A stretch of 64,000 nt of DNA, taken from a virus. Its lineage: Duplodnaviria; Caudoviricetes. The position numbers were made by a program, and so were the translations under genes. The stretch covers positions 1-64,000 of IMG/VR virus record IMGVR_UViG_3300035208_005676. One strand, 5' to 3'. Each line of letters opens with the position of its first letter. The first letter of the stretch is position 1. Shown here piece after piece: positions 1 to 9,878 of the stretch. A model generated the notes under the pieces. It worked only from the letters and a program-made list of their open reading frames with translations. It searched no databases and was not told the origin of the DNA.

Positions 1-907
1 TCTCGCGGAGCCCGGCAGCGGCGGCGCGGGTGGCGCTGTTCTCGTTGACCTCGGAGCCCTCTTCGCCCAGCTCACGCTGGGCCGCGGCCGCGGCCTCCAG
101 CAGCTTGATCTGGACCTCCGCGGGGTGGGCGATGATCTCCCGGAGCAGCCGGTACGAGATCCGGCCGGCGAGGCCCGCCTGGAGGGCCTCGGGGCACAGC
201 CGGCGGACCACCTGGATGTACTGGGCCACGGACCCGAGCGACATCCCGAGGCGGGCGGCGATCTCGGTTCGGGGGATGCTCAGATCCTCCATCGCCGTGA
301 GGCGCACGGCGATCATGATCGCGGGCACGCCCTTCCGCATGTGGCTGATGATGTTGCGGAACGCGATATCCGCGCTGGTCGCGGACTCGACGATCACGTT
401 CATGGTGTCGAAGCGGCTGTCTTCGGCGGACAGGCGGCGGAGCGCCTCGCGGCGGCGGAAGCCGTCCTCCAGGTAGACGTGGGGGGTGCCGCTCTCGTCG
501 AGCTGGACACCAGCAGCGGCCGGGAACCGCTGGCCTTCCACCTTGATGGAGTCGAGGAGGTCGTCGACCTTGAGGGATTCGCCTTCGTTGTGGCCGCGGA
601 CGTTGACGAAGCCCGGGAGCACTTCGATGCGGTCCAGGGGAAGCGCCACCAGCTCGGAGCGGCCCCCGCGGGCCACGCGGCGGAGCAGCCCGTCGATCGA
701 GTCGTCGATCGGCTCGGGGGGCGAGGGGGGCGGCACCTTGACCTCGGTCGGGGTGCCCGGGAGAGCGACGCCGCTGGCCTTAGCCACGGGGGACCCCTTC
801 TTCGCCTTCGCCGCGAAGGTCTCCTGGGCCTTCGCCTTCGCTGCCGCGGACATCTCCGGGGCCTTCTTCGCAGGGGCCTTCTTCGCAGGGGCCTTCTTCT
901 CCGGCAT
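1..907 (-). CDS. parB: ParB/Spo0J-family partition protein (3' end outside window; absent from ORF track)
   Basis: Manual translation from ATG at 907 (GGGAGG RBS upstream): MPEKKAPAKKAPAKKAP...LPLDRIEVLPGFVNVR...LLDSIKVEGQRFP...YLEDGFRRREA (ParB GxRR box) ...RTEIAARLGMSLGSVAQY (HTH). Frame is open to the edge. Confidence 0.85.
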   Translation of the reverse strand, partial: MPEKKAPAKKAPAKKAPEMSAAAKAKAQETFAAKAKKGSPVAKASGVALPGTPTEVKVPPPSPPEPIDDSIDGLLRRVARGGRSELVALPLDRIEVLPGFVNVRGHNEGESLKVDDLLDSIKVEGQRFPAAAGVQLDESGTPHVYLEDGFRRREALRRLSAEDSRFDTMNVIVESATSADIAFRNIISHMRKGVPAIMIAVRLTAMEDLSIPRTEIAARLGMSLGSVAQYIQVVRRLCPEALQAGLAGRISYRLLREIIAHPAEVQIKLLEAAAAAQRELGEEGSEVNENSATRAAAAGLRE

Positions 908-1304
908 GGTCGCCTCCCGTCCGTTGGTTCTCTTCCTTGGTTCCATCATAGGTACTCGCTGGGGCGGAGTCAAGATCTCTGTTGCGGATCCTCTGCAGCC
1001 CCGCGAGCAACGCGTTGTAGAGGGCGACCAGCGGGCTTCCCGCGGGAGCGACTGTCGCGTCCAGCGCGCCGCCCAGGATCGCGCGGAAATACGCGGCCAG
1101 GAAGGCCCGCTTGGCCTCCAGCATCGGCGGGCCGGTCAGGCCCACGGAGACCGTCCACAGGTAGGCTCGGCTGCCATCCGCTGCGTCGCGCATCCGGATC
1201 CCGTCCAGGCGGCTTTGCGCCCGGCCGAGCCAGCTGCGCAGCTCGGCCTCGTCGGCGTAGGTCTGGGGGAGGAGCTTTCGCTTCTGCTTCGTGGTCAGAC
1301 TCAT
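780..1304 (-). CDS. hypothetical protein
   Basis: ATGA coupling to the ruvC stop. The 3' part overlaps the parB promoter and start, so the tail is doubtful. Confidence 0.5.
   Translation of the reverse strand: MSLTTKQKRKLLPQTYADEAELRSWLGRAQSRLDGIRMRDAADGSRAYLWTVSVGLTGPPMLEAKRAFLAAYFRAILGGALDATVAPAGSPLVALYNALLAGLQRIRNRDLDSAPASTYDGTKEENQRTGGDHAGEEGPCEEGPCEEGPGDVRGSEGEGPGDLRGEGEEGVPRG
945..973 (-). promoter_or_regulatory. sigma70-type promoter for parB
   Basis: TTGACT-17 bp-TATGAT on the minus strand, about 40 bp upstream of the parB ATG. Confidence 0.7.
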
Positions 1305-1873
1305 TTCTTCTCCTGTCGGCGCATGGCGCGGGTGAGATCACTTGTTAGGGCGCAGTGGGCAACGGCAGCAGCGTCGCAGGCGTGCTCGACGAGGTCAGTC
1401 CCGCCGCGGGGGCCGAGCGGCCAGAGCGCGGCCAGCTCGGGATACCGGCTTTCCAGGGCAGCTTGCACGCCGCCTTTCGTAGCAGCAGCTCGGCCGGTGA
1501 CGATCCGCTTCAGATCCTTCGGGGCGACCTCGACGATCGGCAGATCGGCTGTTGCGGCGAAGCCTACCACGACTCCCCAGGCCGCGCCCACCTTGATTGC
1601 AGAGGCCGCGTGCCGTGGATGGCTGGCTTCCTCGGCAGCCAGGAGTACGTCCGCGAGAGAGAACGCGGCGAGCTTCGTCTCGATGATCTCGGCCAGGGCA
1701 CTGGCCAGCTCGCGGAGCCGGCGGGTGTTGTCGCTGGCCGCGCGCACCTCTCGCTTGTGCGTGGTTTTTTCCGTTACTACTGTACCGACTGCGGCGAAAC
1801 GCGTTTCGCTGTCGTGAAGCAGGATGGCCCAACCCAAATTGGCAAAGCCGGGGTCGATTCCCAGGATGATCAT
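1301..1873 (-). CDS. ruvC: Holliday junction resolvase RuvC
   Basis: ILGIDPGFANLGWA, AAEE, KRIVTGRAAATK, EHACDAAAVA motifs. Confidence 0.92.
   Translation of the reverse strand: MIILGIDPGFANLGWAILLHDSETRFAAVGTVVTEKTTHKREVRAASDNTRRLRELASALAEIIETKLAAFSLADVLLAAEEASHPRHAASAIKVGAAWGVVVGFAATADLPIVEVAPKDLKRIVTGRAAATKGGVQAALESRYPELAALWPLGPRGGTDLVEHACDAAAVAHCALTSDLTRAMRRQEKK
1794..1809. repeat. 16-bp palindrome GCGAAACGCGTTTCGC, copy 1 (in ruvC)
   Basis: exact match. Confidence 0.95.
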
Positions 1874-1876
1874 GAT

Positions 1877-2200
1877 TTAGCTCTCCAGGGGGGCGAAGGT
1901 CAAGGTCCCGTCTTTTTCGATTGTGGCGAAGCCCACGTCAGTAAAACCCGCGTGGGTCCAGCCCAAAGCGCGCATTCGCTCTGCGACAAGCGCGGCGACC
2001 TCTTCCTGTGCCTGCTGCATGTGTAACTGGTCTCGGCGTATCTGCCGCAGCGCCAGGACGAGGGGAAACAACTCCTCTCGGGGGTTTATCATTGACCCGC
2101 CGGAATCCTGAATACGTTGGAGCGTGTCTTTGATCTTTAGTCGCTGCTCTTTCGTAAAACAGGGCTCCAGGTTTGCCATGACGACGTCAACCAAGCTCAC
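1877..2200 (-). CDS. hypothetical protein
   Basis: Operon-packed ORF. GTG start just after the helicase stop. Confidence 0.6.
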   Translation of the reverse strand: MSLVDVVMANLEPCFTKEQRLKIKDTLQRIQDSGGSMINPREELFPLVLALRQIRRDQLHMQQAQEEVAALVAERMRALGWTHAGFTDVGFATIEKDGTLTFAPLES

Positions 2201-2201
2201 G

Positions 2202-3491
2202 TCAACCCCCCAGAAGAGCAGCCAGCTCCCCGCCGCCGACGAAGAAAAGACGATCCTTGGCCCGGGTAACCGCGGTGTAAAGCCAGCGGTGGGCCTCAGT
2301 CTCATCCATAACCCGCAGCAGAGTGTCCGGGGCATATACGCCCACGGTCGGCCACTCCGAGCCCTGGGCCTTGTGGCAGGTGAGCGCGTAGCCGTAGTCC
2401 ACCAGGATGGGAAGCACTCCTGACTCCCGCTTGATCTTCTGTGCCCGCGCTGGCCAGCTCAGGCCGTCCTGCTGCTGCTCGGCCGTCTGGAGGAGCAAGC
2501 TGCACTCCTGCGCGGCGGTGTCCAGTGGGGATCGAATTGTGGCCGCGTAGGTCGTGCCGCTGTGCCACCGCTGCGCGGACCCGAGGCCCAACAGATCGAC
2601 CAAGTCGCCGTTGCAGAGGTTAGCTTCCCGATGGTTGTGCGTGACGACGAGCCGCTCGCCAGGCTCGAAGGGTCTGGCCGGTGAATAATCCCGTTGTTTC
2701 CGCGCGGCCGTATTCAACTCATGCCGATCCTGGTTCCGCCAGGTGAGCACCTGAAAGTCAGGTACCCGCATCCAATCCTCGGCCTTGTCGCGGTTGTCAC
2801 GGACGATCGTCACCTTCTGCCAGTCGGCCGGCGGCGGAGCAGTCGACGAGCGCAGCGCGGTGGCCAGCGCGATGATCGGGGAACCGGCCTGTTGGCGGAC
2901 AACCTCGGTCAGGGAGCAGCGCTCCGCGCTCAGTTGGTCCATCAAGTCCTCGTCGAAGATGCTCTCCGCCCCGTACTTCTCCTTCTCTGCTGCCGAGAGT
3001 ACCGGCGGGAGCTGGAAGGAATCCCCGATGGCAACGATCGATCGCTGCCCCAGGGTCGGCGTGACCAGATCGTACAGGTCGCTCAGGACTGCTGGCGAGA
3101 TCATGCTGGACTCGTCGAGGAGCAGCGCAAAGCGAGCCGGGAGATCCTCAATGGTCCGCAGCCGGAAGCCCATGAGGTTTCCGAGGCGGTCGACCACGGG
3201 GACGTAGAGGAAAGAATGGATCGTCCGGGCGCAGCGGACCCCCAGCTCTCGAAGCCGAGCTGCGGCCCGGCCGGTGGGACAGGCGACCACGAAGTCCTCG
3301 TCGGCCCGCTGGCCGCTGTCCAGCAGGGATTCGACGATCGCGGCGAGCAGGACGCTCTTCCCGGTGCCGGCGTAGCCGCGAATGACCAGGATCCCGCCGG
3401 TGTAGAGGATGCGCGTGGCCAGGGCTGCGGCCCGGGTCTGCCCTGCAGTGAAGTCCAGTCCCTCAGGAGCGACGACAGCGACGCGCTTCAC
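2202..3491 (-). CDS. SF1B helicase, Dda/RecD-like
   Basis: GYAGTGKS, PTGRAA, DESSM, GDSFQLPPV, YALTCHKAQGSEW, YTAVTRA. Confidence 0.92.
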   Translation of the reverse strand: MKRVAVVAPEGLDFTAGQTRAAALATRILYTGGILVIRGYAGTGKSVLLAAIVESLLDSGQRADEDFVVACPTGRAAARLRELGVRCARTIHSFLYVPVVDRLGNLMGFRLRTIEDLPARFALLLDESSMISPAVLSDLYDLVTPTLGQRSIVAIGDSFQLPPVLSAAEKEKYGAESIFDEDLMDQLSAERCSLTEVVRQQAGSPIIALATALRSSTAPPPADWQKVTIVRDNRDKAEDWMRVPDFQVLTWRNQDRHELNTAARKQRDYSPARPFEPGERLVVTHNHREANLCNGDLVDLLGLGSAQRWHSGTTYAATIRSPLDTAAQECSLLLQTAEQQQDGLSWPARAQKIKRESGVLPILVDYGYALTCHKAQGSEWPTVGVYAPDTLLRVMDETEAHRWLYTAVTRAKDRLFFVGGGELAALLGG

Positions 3492-5641
3492 GACGCAACC
3501 TCCAGGCGGGACACGCCGGCCGTGGCCGCAATCGCGATCCGCTGCGGAAAGAACGCCTGAAACTCCGGGTCGTGGGTGGCCAAGAAGACCGTGCCGAGAT
3601 CTTTCGCCACCTCCTGCACCAGGCGCACCGCCTGCTCCGCTCCCAGGGAGTCGACGTGGGTCAGGGGCTCGTCGAGCACCAGGAGGTCGAGCCCCCCGTG
3701 CAGGCCGGCGGTCACGCTGCGCAGAGCGAGCAGCTCGACGAGATCCGCCCGTCGCTGCCAGCCTCCGGAGCAGCCCGCGTAGGTGCCGGATCCGTGGTCC
3801 AGCTCGACGACGGCCGCGAACTTGTCCCGCGACTCCCCGCTTTTCAGCTGGGTCTCCGTGTCGAAGCGCACGGTCAGCCGCCCATCGGAGAGCGCGTGCG
3901 CGTACCGCCGGGCTGCTCTATTCAATGCCGGAAGGATCTCGTCGAGGAGCAGCGAGCGGATCCCGGCCGGGCCGAAGCCATCGACCCAGAAGCGGAGCAG
4001 GTTGGCTTCGCCGGTCAGCTTCTGCGTGCCGATCTCGGCGTTGTCTTCCTGCGTGCGCAGCTCCAGGGCGCGCTTTTCGATCCCGGCCAGGGAGACGGTG
4101 TAGGGGTTGACGGCCGTCTCCTGCGCAACCGCGCGTGCGGTCGTGTCCGCCAGCTCCTTGACAAGGGCCTCCCGGGTCTGCCGGCTCTCCCGGGAGACGG
4201 TCAAGACCACGGTCAACCGCATTTCCAGGGAGCGGATGGCTAGCGCTAGTGGCGCGTCGGTCAGCTTGGCCAAAGTGTCTTCCTGCTCCCGCAGCTCCCC
4301 TTCCAGCGGGACACAGGCTCGCTTCGCCTCGGTCGTCTCGACCACGCCTTCCGCCAGCCGATGCTCGGTCTCGTCGATCCGTGCAACCAGAGCCTCCTGG
4401 GTGGTGACGAGCGTGGCCTTACGGGCCTCCAGCCGCTCGATCTGCTGGTCCAGCGCATCGGCGGCTCGCTCCTTGCGAGCCAGGGCGGCCTGGCGGTCCT
4501 CGCGGAGCTTCGCGAGCAGCGTCGTGTCGGTCAGCCCGTGCTCGGCGGCCTTTTCCAGGTCCACCTTGCAGGTGGGGCAGTGGTGGGTGACCTCTTCCCC
4601 GAGGGCTTCGATCTCGTCGAGCAAGGGGTCGACCTGATTGAGCAGGCCCGACAGGGTGCAGCCGATCTGCTCCACCTCCGCGCTCAGCTGCTCCCGCTGC
4701 CGCAGAAGATACTGCAGCGCGCTCCGGGTCTCCGCGGCGGCCGTATTTTTGGCAAACAGGGTGGTCTGCGCCTCGGACAGGGCGGCGCGGGCGCGCTGCG
4801 CGGCCTGCTGCAGCCCCTCGCGGAAAGCGTCCAGCTCCGCCCGCTTTGCGTCCAGCTCTGCCCGGATGATCTGGGGATCCTCGGCCGCGGCGTCTCCGAG
4901 ATCGTCCAGGGTTGCCTGGACTCGCCCGGCCTGCTGCCGGAGTCGGGTCGCCTCCTGCACCCGCCGCTGCTCCCACTCGGTCTGCGCGGTTGCGGTGCTC
5001 GCCAGCTCGCCCTGGACAGCAGCGGTCAACCGGACAAGGTTCGTCCGCTGCACCTGGAGCGCGCCCAGCTCTGCCTCGACGACACGCAGCTGCTCCGCGC
5101 CCCGGTCCCGAGCTTTGACGAACCGGTCCAGCTGCAGCATTTCGTCCAGGACGGCCTTGCGCTGCGCGTCGGTCCCGGTCGAAAACTGGTCCAGCTGGCC
5201 CTGGCCGAAGATGCAGGACGTACGGAAGGTCTCCCAGGACAGGCCGAGGAGCGTCTGGATCTGCGGGTCCAGCGTCTTCTCCGGCCCGCGCAGCGTCGGC
5301 TCGGTCCAGGATTCGCAGCAGATCTGGGCCAGATTCTTGAACTTCTTGTGCTTCCGATGCCGGGTGACCGACACCGCGCCCAAGGTCGGATGGTCCAGAA
5401 AGACGGTCACAGAGCAATCGCCAGTCTTGCCCGTCCGCTCCGGATCGTGGACCACCTCGTCTCCGCGCAGCCCGCGGATCGTCCTCCCGAACAGGCACCA
5501 GGACACGGCCTCCGAGACGGCCGCGCTCTTACCAGCCCCGTTCGGGCCGAGCACCAGGACCACGCCGCGAGCGTCGCAGTCGAGTTCGACCGACTGCCAG
5601 CTCAGGAAGTTGCGGATCTCCAGGCCGAGTACGCGGATCAT
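3488..5641 (-). CDS. sbcC: SbcC/Rad50-like ATPase (gp46-like)
   Basis: Start MIRVLGLEIRNFLS; GPNGAGKS; FGQG Q-loop; coiled coil with CPTC zinc hook; SGG signature; LDEP; THD. Confidence 0.92.
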   Translation of the reverse strand: MIRVLGLEIRNFLSWQSVELDCDARGVVLVLGPNGAGKSAAVSEAVSWCLFGRTIRGLRGDEVVHDPERTGKTGDCSVTVFLDHPTLGAVSVTRHRKHKKFKNLAQICCESWTEPTLRGPEKTLDPQIQTLLGLSWETFRTSCIFGQGQLDQFSTGTDAQRKAVLDEMLQLDRFVKARDRGAEQLRVVEAELGALQVQRTNLVRLTAAVQGELASTATAQTEWEQRRVQEATRLRQQAGRVQATLDDLGDAAAEDPQIIRAELDAKRAELDAFREGLQQAAQRARAALSEAQTTLFAKNTAAAETRSALQYLLRQREQLSAEVEQIGCTLSGLLNQVDPLLDEIEALGEEVTHHCPTCKVDLEKAAEHGLTDTTLLAKLREDRQAALARKERAADALDQQIERLEARKATLVTTQEALVARIDETEHRLAEGVVETTEAKRACVPLEGELREQEDTLAKLTDAPLALAIRSLEMRLTVVLTVSRESRQTREALVKELADTTARAVAQETAVNPYTVSLAGIEKRALELRTQEDNAEIGTQKLTGEANLLRFWVDGFGPAGIRSLLLDEILPALNRAARRYAHALSDGRLTVRFDTETQLKSGESRDKFAAVVELDHGSGTYAGCSGGWQRRADLVELLALRSVTAGLHGGLDLLVLDEPLTHVDSLGAEQAVRLVQEVAKDLGTVFLATHDPEFQAFFPQRIAIAATAGVSRLEVAS

Positions 5642-6753
5642 GGCGCGCCCCCTCCCGACAGAAGCTCTTGCCCCAGTCGCAGTACAGCGTCCCGGTCCAG
5701 ATCCGGGGCCTTGAAGTCGAGGTAGCGGGACAGGATCTCCGCGTCGGGCAAAGCTGCGGACAGGTCGGCCCGGTCCTTTTTCTGCTCCTGCTCGACGGCG
5801 GGAATCACCTCCCAGGTGGAGCTGGGTACGTCTCCCGCGGGCGGGGCCGCGGCCCGGACGAAGTCCTGCGGCCACACCTGCGCGTCGGGGGTCTCCCGGA
5901 GGTCGACGAAGTGGGGGGCGACGATCGGGCAGAAGCGAGCTTCCCACGGTGATCCGTGCATCTTCGGATTCCACTCGATCTCCCAGTAGCCCCGCTCCTC
6001 CCCCGCGTCGCCCCAGTCGAGCTGCTGCGGGGAGCCGATCTGGATGGCCAAGCGGCCTTCCCGGCTGTTGGCCGCCCAGATCGGCACAGGCACGTCTCCG
6101 CGCCAGGCCCGCGGGGAATGGAGGTGGCCGAAGAGCAAGAGCACGTCCGGAGCGGCCGCGAAGACCGGTTTGAGCATTCCCAGGGTCCAGGCGGGCTCCC
6201 CTGGGGGGATTGCGTTTCCGGGGAGATCGATTGCATTGTGCGCGAGCAATACCACAGGGCCGTCTTTGGCGGCGGAGCGCACCTGGACGTCAACTGCGTG
6301 GGCGAGGATCGCGGCGGCCGCGTCCAGATCGTCGGTATGGGGTAGGAGGATCAGTGTCACGGTGCTGACGGTGCTGTCCGAAATGGAGTAGCGGTCGATC
6401 GCCGGCTGGTCGAAGGTGAAAAACCTATTCCGGGCGATGCCGTGGAGCGCGCTCTCTCCGGTCTCCGTGCGGTCGTGGTTTCCGGCAATCCCATAGATCG
6501 AAGGTGCGCCCTGCAGGGCCTCCACCGAGGCCAGCAGGGCGGTCGTGGGGATCAAGCCGCGCTGGTGGAACCAGTCCCCCCCGAACAAGGTCAGGTCGGG
6601 CTGCCAGGGGCGGTTCCGGTCGACGTCGAGGATCTGCTGCAGGACCCCCTTGCCAGCCTGGAGGCGCGAGTTGCGCCCGGTCTCCGGGTCCAGGGTGGCC
6701 CCGGCCTTGAAGGGGTGCAGGTGGAGGTCGGAGAAGACGCGCAGGCGGATCAT
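5638..6753 (-). CDS. sbcD: SbcD/Mre11-like nuclease (gp47-like)
   Basis: SDLHLH, GGDWFH, GNHD, GHLH, GSPQQLDWGD; adjacent to sbcC. Confidence 0.9.
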   Translation of the reverse strand: MIRLRVFSDLHLHPFKAGATLDPETGRNSRLQAGKGVLQQILDVDRNRPWQPDLTLFGGDWFHQRGLIPTTALLASVEALQGAPSIYGIAGNHDRTETGESALHGIARNRFFTFDQPAIDRYSISDSTVSTVTLILLPHTDDLDAAAAILAHAVDVQVRSAAKDGPVVLLAHNAIDLPGNAIPPGEPAWTLGMLKPVFAAAPDVLLLFGHLHSPRAWRGDVPVPIWAANSREGRLAIQIGSPQQLDWGDAGEERGYWEIEWNPKMHGSPWEARFCPIVAPHFVDLRETPDAQVWPQDFVRAAAPPAGDVPSSTWEVIPAVEQEQKKDRADLSAALPDAEILSRYLDFKAPDLDRDAVLRLGQELLSGGGAP

Positions 6754-7358
6754 AGCTCACCTCGGAGGAAGTTTTCCAGCTCCAGGAGATCATCGTCTCC
6801 CTGGGTGTTGACCAGCCAGCGCTTCTGCAGCGCTTTGGCGACGGTCATGACCAGATCGACGAGGCCCTGCTGCGTGGTGACGGGGGCTGCCGATTCTTCC
6901 TGCCGCTTCTCCCACGGAGCCTTGATCTCACCCCAGGCTTCGTCTTCGACGTCGGCGCTGTCCGAAAGCAGATCGGCCCAGGTTGCGCGCAGCTCCTCGT
7001 CCCCGGCGCGGGAGGAAAGAAGATCCGTGAGATCGTCGGTCATCGCGTCGAGCGCTTCCGCGGCAGCTTCGGCCTTGGCCTCGCGGGTGACCTTCCCCTC
7101 CAGGGCTTCCTCCAGCTTCCCAGCCAGCTTTTCGATCAGCGCGTCGACAGAGGGGGCGTCGACCGCTTCCCGGGCCGTATCCCAGCGGTCTTCGATCTTC
7201 TCCAAGAGACGCTTGAAGCTATTGTCCAGGGCCGTCCGGACGCTCTCCTCGACCAACCCTGCCACGTCCTCGGAGGCAGCGTCGGTGCGCTCCACAAGGG
7301 AGTCGCAGAGATCGTCGTGACGGATCAGATCGTACTTCAGCGACGAGATCCAGCTCAT
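6750..7358 (-). CDS. hypothetical acidic protein
   Basis: AGGAGGAG RBS, coupled to sbcD. Confidence 0.7.
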   Translation of the reverse strand: MSWISSLKYDLIRHDDLCDSLVERTDAASEDVAGLVEESVRTALDNSFKRLLEKIEDRWDTAREAVDAPSVDALIEKLAGKLEEALEGKVTREAKAEAAAEALDAMTDDLTDLLSSRAGDEELRATWADLLSDSADVEDEAWGEIKAPWEKRQEESAAPVTTQQGLVDLVMTVAKALQKRWLVNTQGDDDLLELENFLRGEL

Positions 7359-7375
7359 GTTCTCCTCCTGGTCAA

Positions 7376-7409
7376 CCCTGGCCGGCGAAACGCGTTTCGC
7401 CGGCCAGGG
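7376..7409. repeat. 34-bp perfect intergenic palindrome containing copy 2 of the 16-bp motif (7385-7400)
   Basis: CCCTGGCCGGCGAAACGCGTTTCGCCGGCCAGGG. Confidence 0.95.
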
Positions 7410-7423
7410 AAGATCTCGCGCTG

Positions 7424-8659
7424 CTACTTGGCGTTGATGGCGCGACGCCGCTTGAGCCGATCCGCGATCGACAGGGAGGCCGCCTCGGAGGCGGCCGCGA
7501 CCACGGCAGGGTCAGCCGGCGGTTCCAGAATGGCCTCGACGAGGGGGGCCGGCACCGGCGGAGGCGGCGCGGCCGGCGCGGCCGGCTTCACCACCGTCAC
7601 CTTCGGCGGCTCCGCGGGGGCCGGGGCAGCGACAGGGACGGTGGCGGGAGCCGCGGGCTTCCCGAGGCCGAGCCGCCGGGCCAGGACCAGCACGTCCGCG
7701 GAGGGGGCCGCGTCCCGGGAGGGCTCTTCCTCTCCGCCACAGGCGCGGAGGAAGTTGCACTGTGCGCAGCCGGGGTGCGCGGGGTCGCGCCGATCCGACT
7801 TGAAACACACGGGAGGCGGCCCCTTGGGCGCTTCCTTGTCGGCCTTCTGCGGCCGGGTCACCGTGCCACCGGAGCAGATCGTCCGCTGGTCCGCGAGCGA
7901 CCAGCACCGCAGGACGTGCTCGGCCCAGTCGGGATCGTAGAGATTGACCACCTTGCCCTCGGGCGCGCCGAGGGGGTAGTCGTCGGGGAGCACCTTCAGC
8001 TCGTATTCCCGCTCCAGCCGCTCCCCCGACACCTTGATCTCGAATTCGCGGCCCATGCTACTGAAGAAACGCCCGGCGTAGCGGTCGTCGGTCAGGTAGC
8101 CCAGGATCTCCTCGTAGAGCCCCTTGGGCAGCTCGGCCAGGACGTAGCGACCCTGAGGCTTGTCGGCGGTGCGCAAGACCCCGTTGACCATGTACTTCCG
8201 GCCGACGCGCTCGTTGTTGCCCTGCTTGCGGGACGCGGAATTGTCCGACGCACGCAGCCCCTCCGCGATCTTGCAGAAGATGCAGTGGCGACCGAGCAAC
8301 TCCTGCTCCTCTTCCGAGCAGATCCGGCCGCGGTCGCGGCCCAGCTCGTCGAGCAGCCGGGCCAGGGCGGGATCGGCGTACTGCCCGTGGGTGACAGCCG
8401 CGCAGCGGATCCCGTCCATATTGCGCGACTTCGTGACCCCGTTCTCCTGGTAGACTTCCCGCGCGCCGTAGTTGACGAGGCCGAAGTGGTTGCCGGTCTC
8501 CCGATCGAAGACCTCCCGCTCACCCTGGCGGGGAATGAAGTCCACCGGGCGGAATTGGTAGGACTCGCCGGCCTTGAAGCGGAGAAACTCGCTGTTGCCG
8601 CCGTGACTGTCCGCCAGCTGCTTCTTGCGCGCCTTCAACTGATTGTAGTCGATGCCCAT
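7424..8659 (-). CDS. putative ssDNA-binding protein (gp32-like) with Cys clusters and Pro/Ala-rich tail
   Basis: FLRFKAGE..FR, CIFC, KYMVNG, GREFEIK..G..REY pattern; recombination-gene context. Confidence 0.55.
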   Translation of the reverse strand: MGIDYNQLKARKKQLADSHGGNSEFLRFKAGESYQFRPVDFIPRQGEREVFDRETGNHFGLVNYGAREVYQENGVTKSRNMDGIRCAAVTHGQYADPALARLLDELGRDRGRICSEEEQELLGRHCIFCKIAEGLRASDNSASRKQGNNERVGRKYMVNGVLRTADKPQGRYVLAELPKGLYEEILGYLTDDRYAGRFFSSMGREFEIKVSGERLEREYELKVLPDDYPLGAPEGKVVNLYDPDWAEHVLRCWSLADQRTICSGGTVTRPQKADKEAPKGPPPVCFKSDRRDPAHPGCAQCNFLRACGGEEEPSRDAAPSADVLVLARRLGLGKPAAPATVPVAAPAPAEPPKVTVVKPAAPAAPPPPVPAPLVEAILEPPADPAVVAAASEAASLSIADRLKRRRAINAK

Positions 8660-8722
8660 GTGTCCTGCTCCTTGCGCTGTTTCCTCGTTTCGAGGTGGTT
8701 TGCGCTCCTGTTCTTGGGCTAG

Positions 8723-9232
8723 CTATCCTCGCATGCCGATCGCCCGCCCCTTGGCGACCGCTGATTCGTTGTCCGACTCCCGCCGCTCCGAGATCGCCAG
8801 CTGGATCAGGGTGTCCCGGCGATGCTCGAAAGCCTGGACGATGTAGAGGCCGATCCGGGCGCGGCTCTTCGCGCTGTTGGCCGCCTCCACAGCCTCCTGG
8901 TAGCGGGGTGACTGCTCCAGGCGGTTCTTGACCACCTTGTCCGCGGCGGTGGCCGCGATCCCCTCGGCCTTGGTCTCCAGGCGCAGCAGCTCGGAGATCT
9001 CGCCGGAGACGCGGTCCAGGGCGGCCTCTTCCTGGTCCTTCTCCGCTTCCAACCGAGCCCGGACGGCAGCCCAGAAGGCGTACAGCCCCGCGTGACGGCT
9101 CAGGAGATCGTGCATGTTGCCGTCGCAGGAGAGCTGCGTCGTCAGGTTGACCGTGCGAGGGCCCTCCTCGGTGGTGATCCACACCCAGACGTCACCGTTC
9201 GGTTTTTCGGACATCGTGATCAGGGTCGGCAT
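8723..9232 (-). CDS. UvsY-like recombination mediator (helical)
   Basis: GLYAFWA...PRYQEA...AFEHRRDTL pattern; next to the SSB gene; GAGGAG RBS. Confidence 0.5.
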   Translation of the reverse strand: MPTLITMSEKPNGDVWVWITTEEGPRTVNLTTQLSCDGNMHDLLSRHAGLYAFWAAVRARLEAEKDQEEAALDRVSGEISELLRLETKAEGIAATAADKVVKNRLEQSPRYQEAVEAANSAKSRARIGLYIVQAFEHRRDTLIQLAISERRESDNESAVAKGRAIGMRG

Positions 9233-9860
9233 CGTGGTCCACTCCTCAACGCGGACAGAGCTGTCCGCAGCCGCCGGTCCTGCCGCGCTTCCTGCCGCAG
9301 CCGGCCCAGGCGCTCCAGATCCCGGTCGTTGTAGTCGCAGGTGAGGTTGACGCCGGAAACGCCCACCTCGTCTTCCCAAGCCAGGAGCCAGACCGGCCCG
9401 AGGATCCCGGAGAGCACACCGGCCTGGATGGCCGCGCTGGTTGTCCCTGTCTGGCGGAGCAGCAGGTGGAAGCGATAGTCGCTGTCCTGGTACTCGACGG
9501 CCAACCGCTCATGCAGATTCGCGCTCGGGGCCTCCAGGCGCAGCTGCAACCGCAGCCGCTTCCACTCGCGCCAGATCCCGATCGCACAGCCCGAGGTGAT
9601 CGCCCAGGTCGGCGGGATCGTGGTACCCCAGCGGCACAAGCAGCCGCGCGCGTCGCACATATCGAAGACGGCCAGGACAACCTCCGCGGGACGCGTACCA
9701 GCCAGCTCGCAGCGCTGGTAGAGAAGGTCGACCTCCCGGGTAGCGAAGCGGTGGGTCCGCCGGATCCCGGTGCGGCCGCTGCATAGCTCGGCGTAGAGCA
9801 GCTCGGCGCGACGGATCGCCTGGTTCCGCTGCTCCCGGGCAGCCAGCGCGGCGAAGTCAA
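9220..9860 (-). CDS. hypothetical protein (start uncertain)
   Basis: Protein-like 3' half of ORF 9220..10314 fills the operon gap. No canonical in-frame start after the upstream stop. Confidence 0.5.
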
Positions 9861-9878
9861 TCGGCGGAGGTGACCCAT

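Noticed and set aside
30-1817. Plus-strand ORFs at the left end
   Set aside because: Shadows of parB and ruvC on the minus strand.
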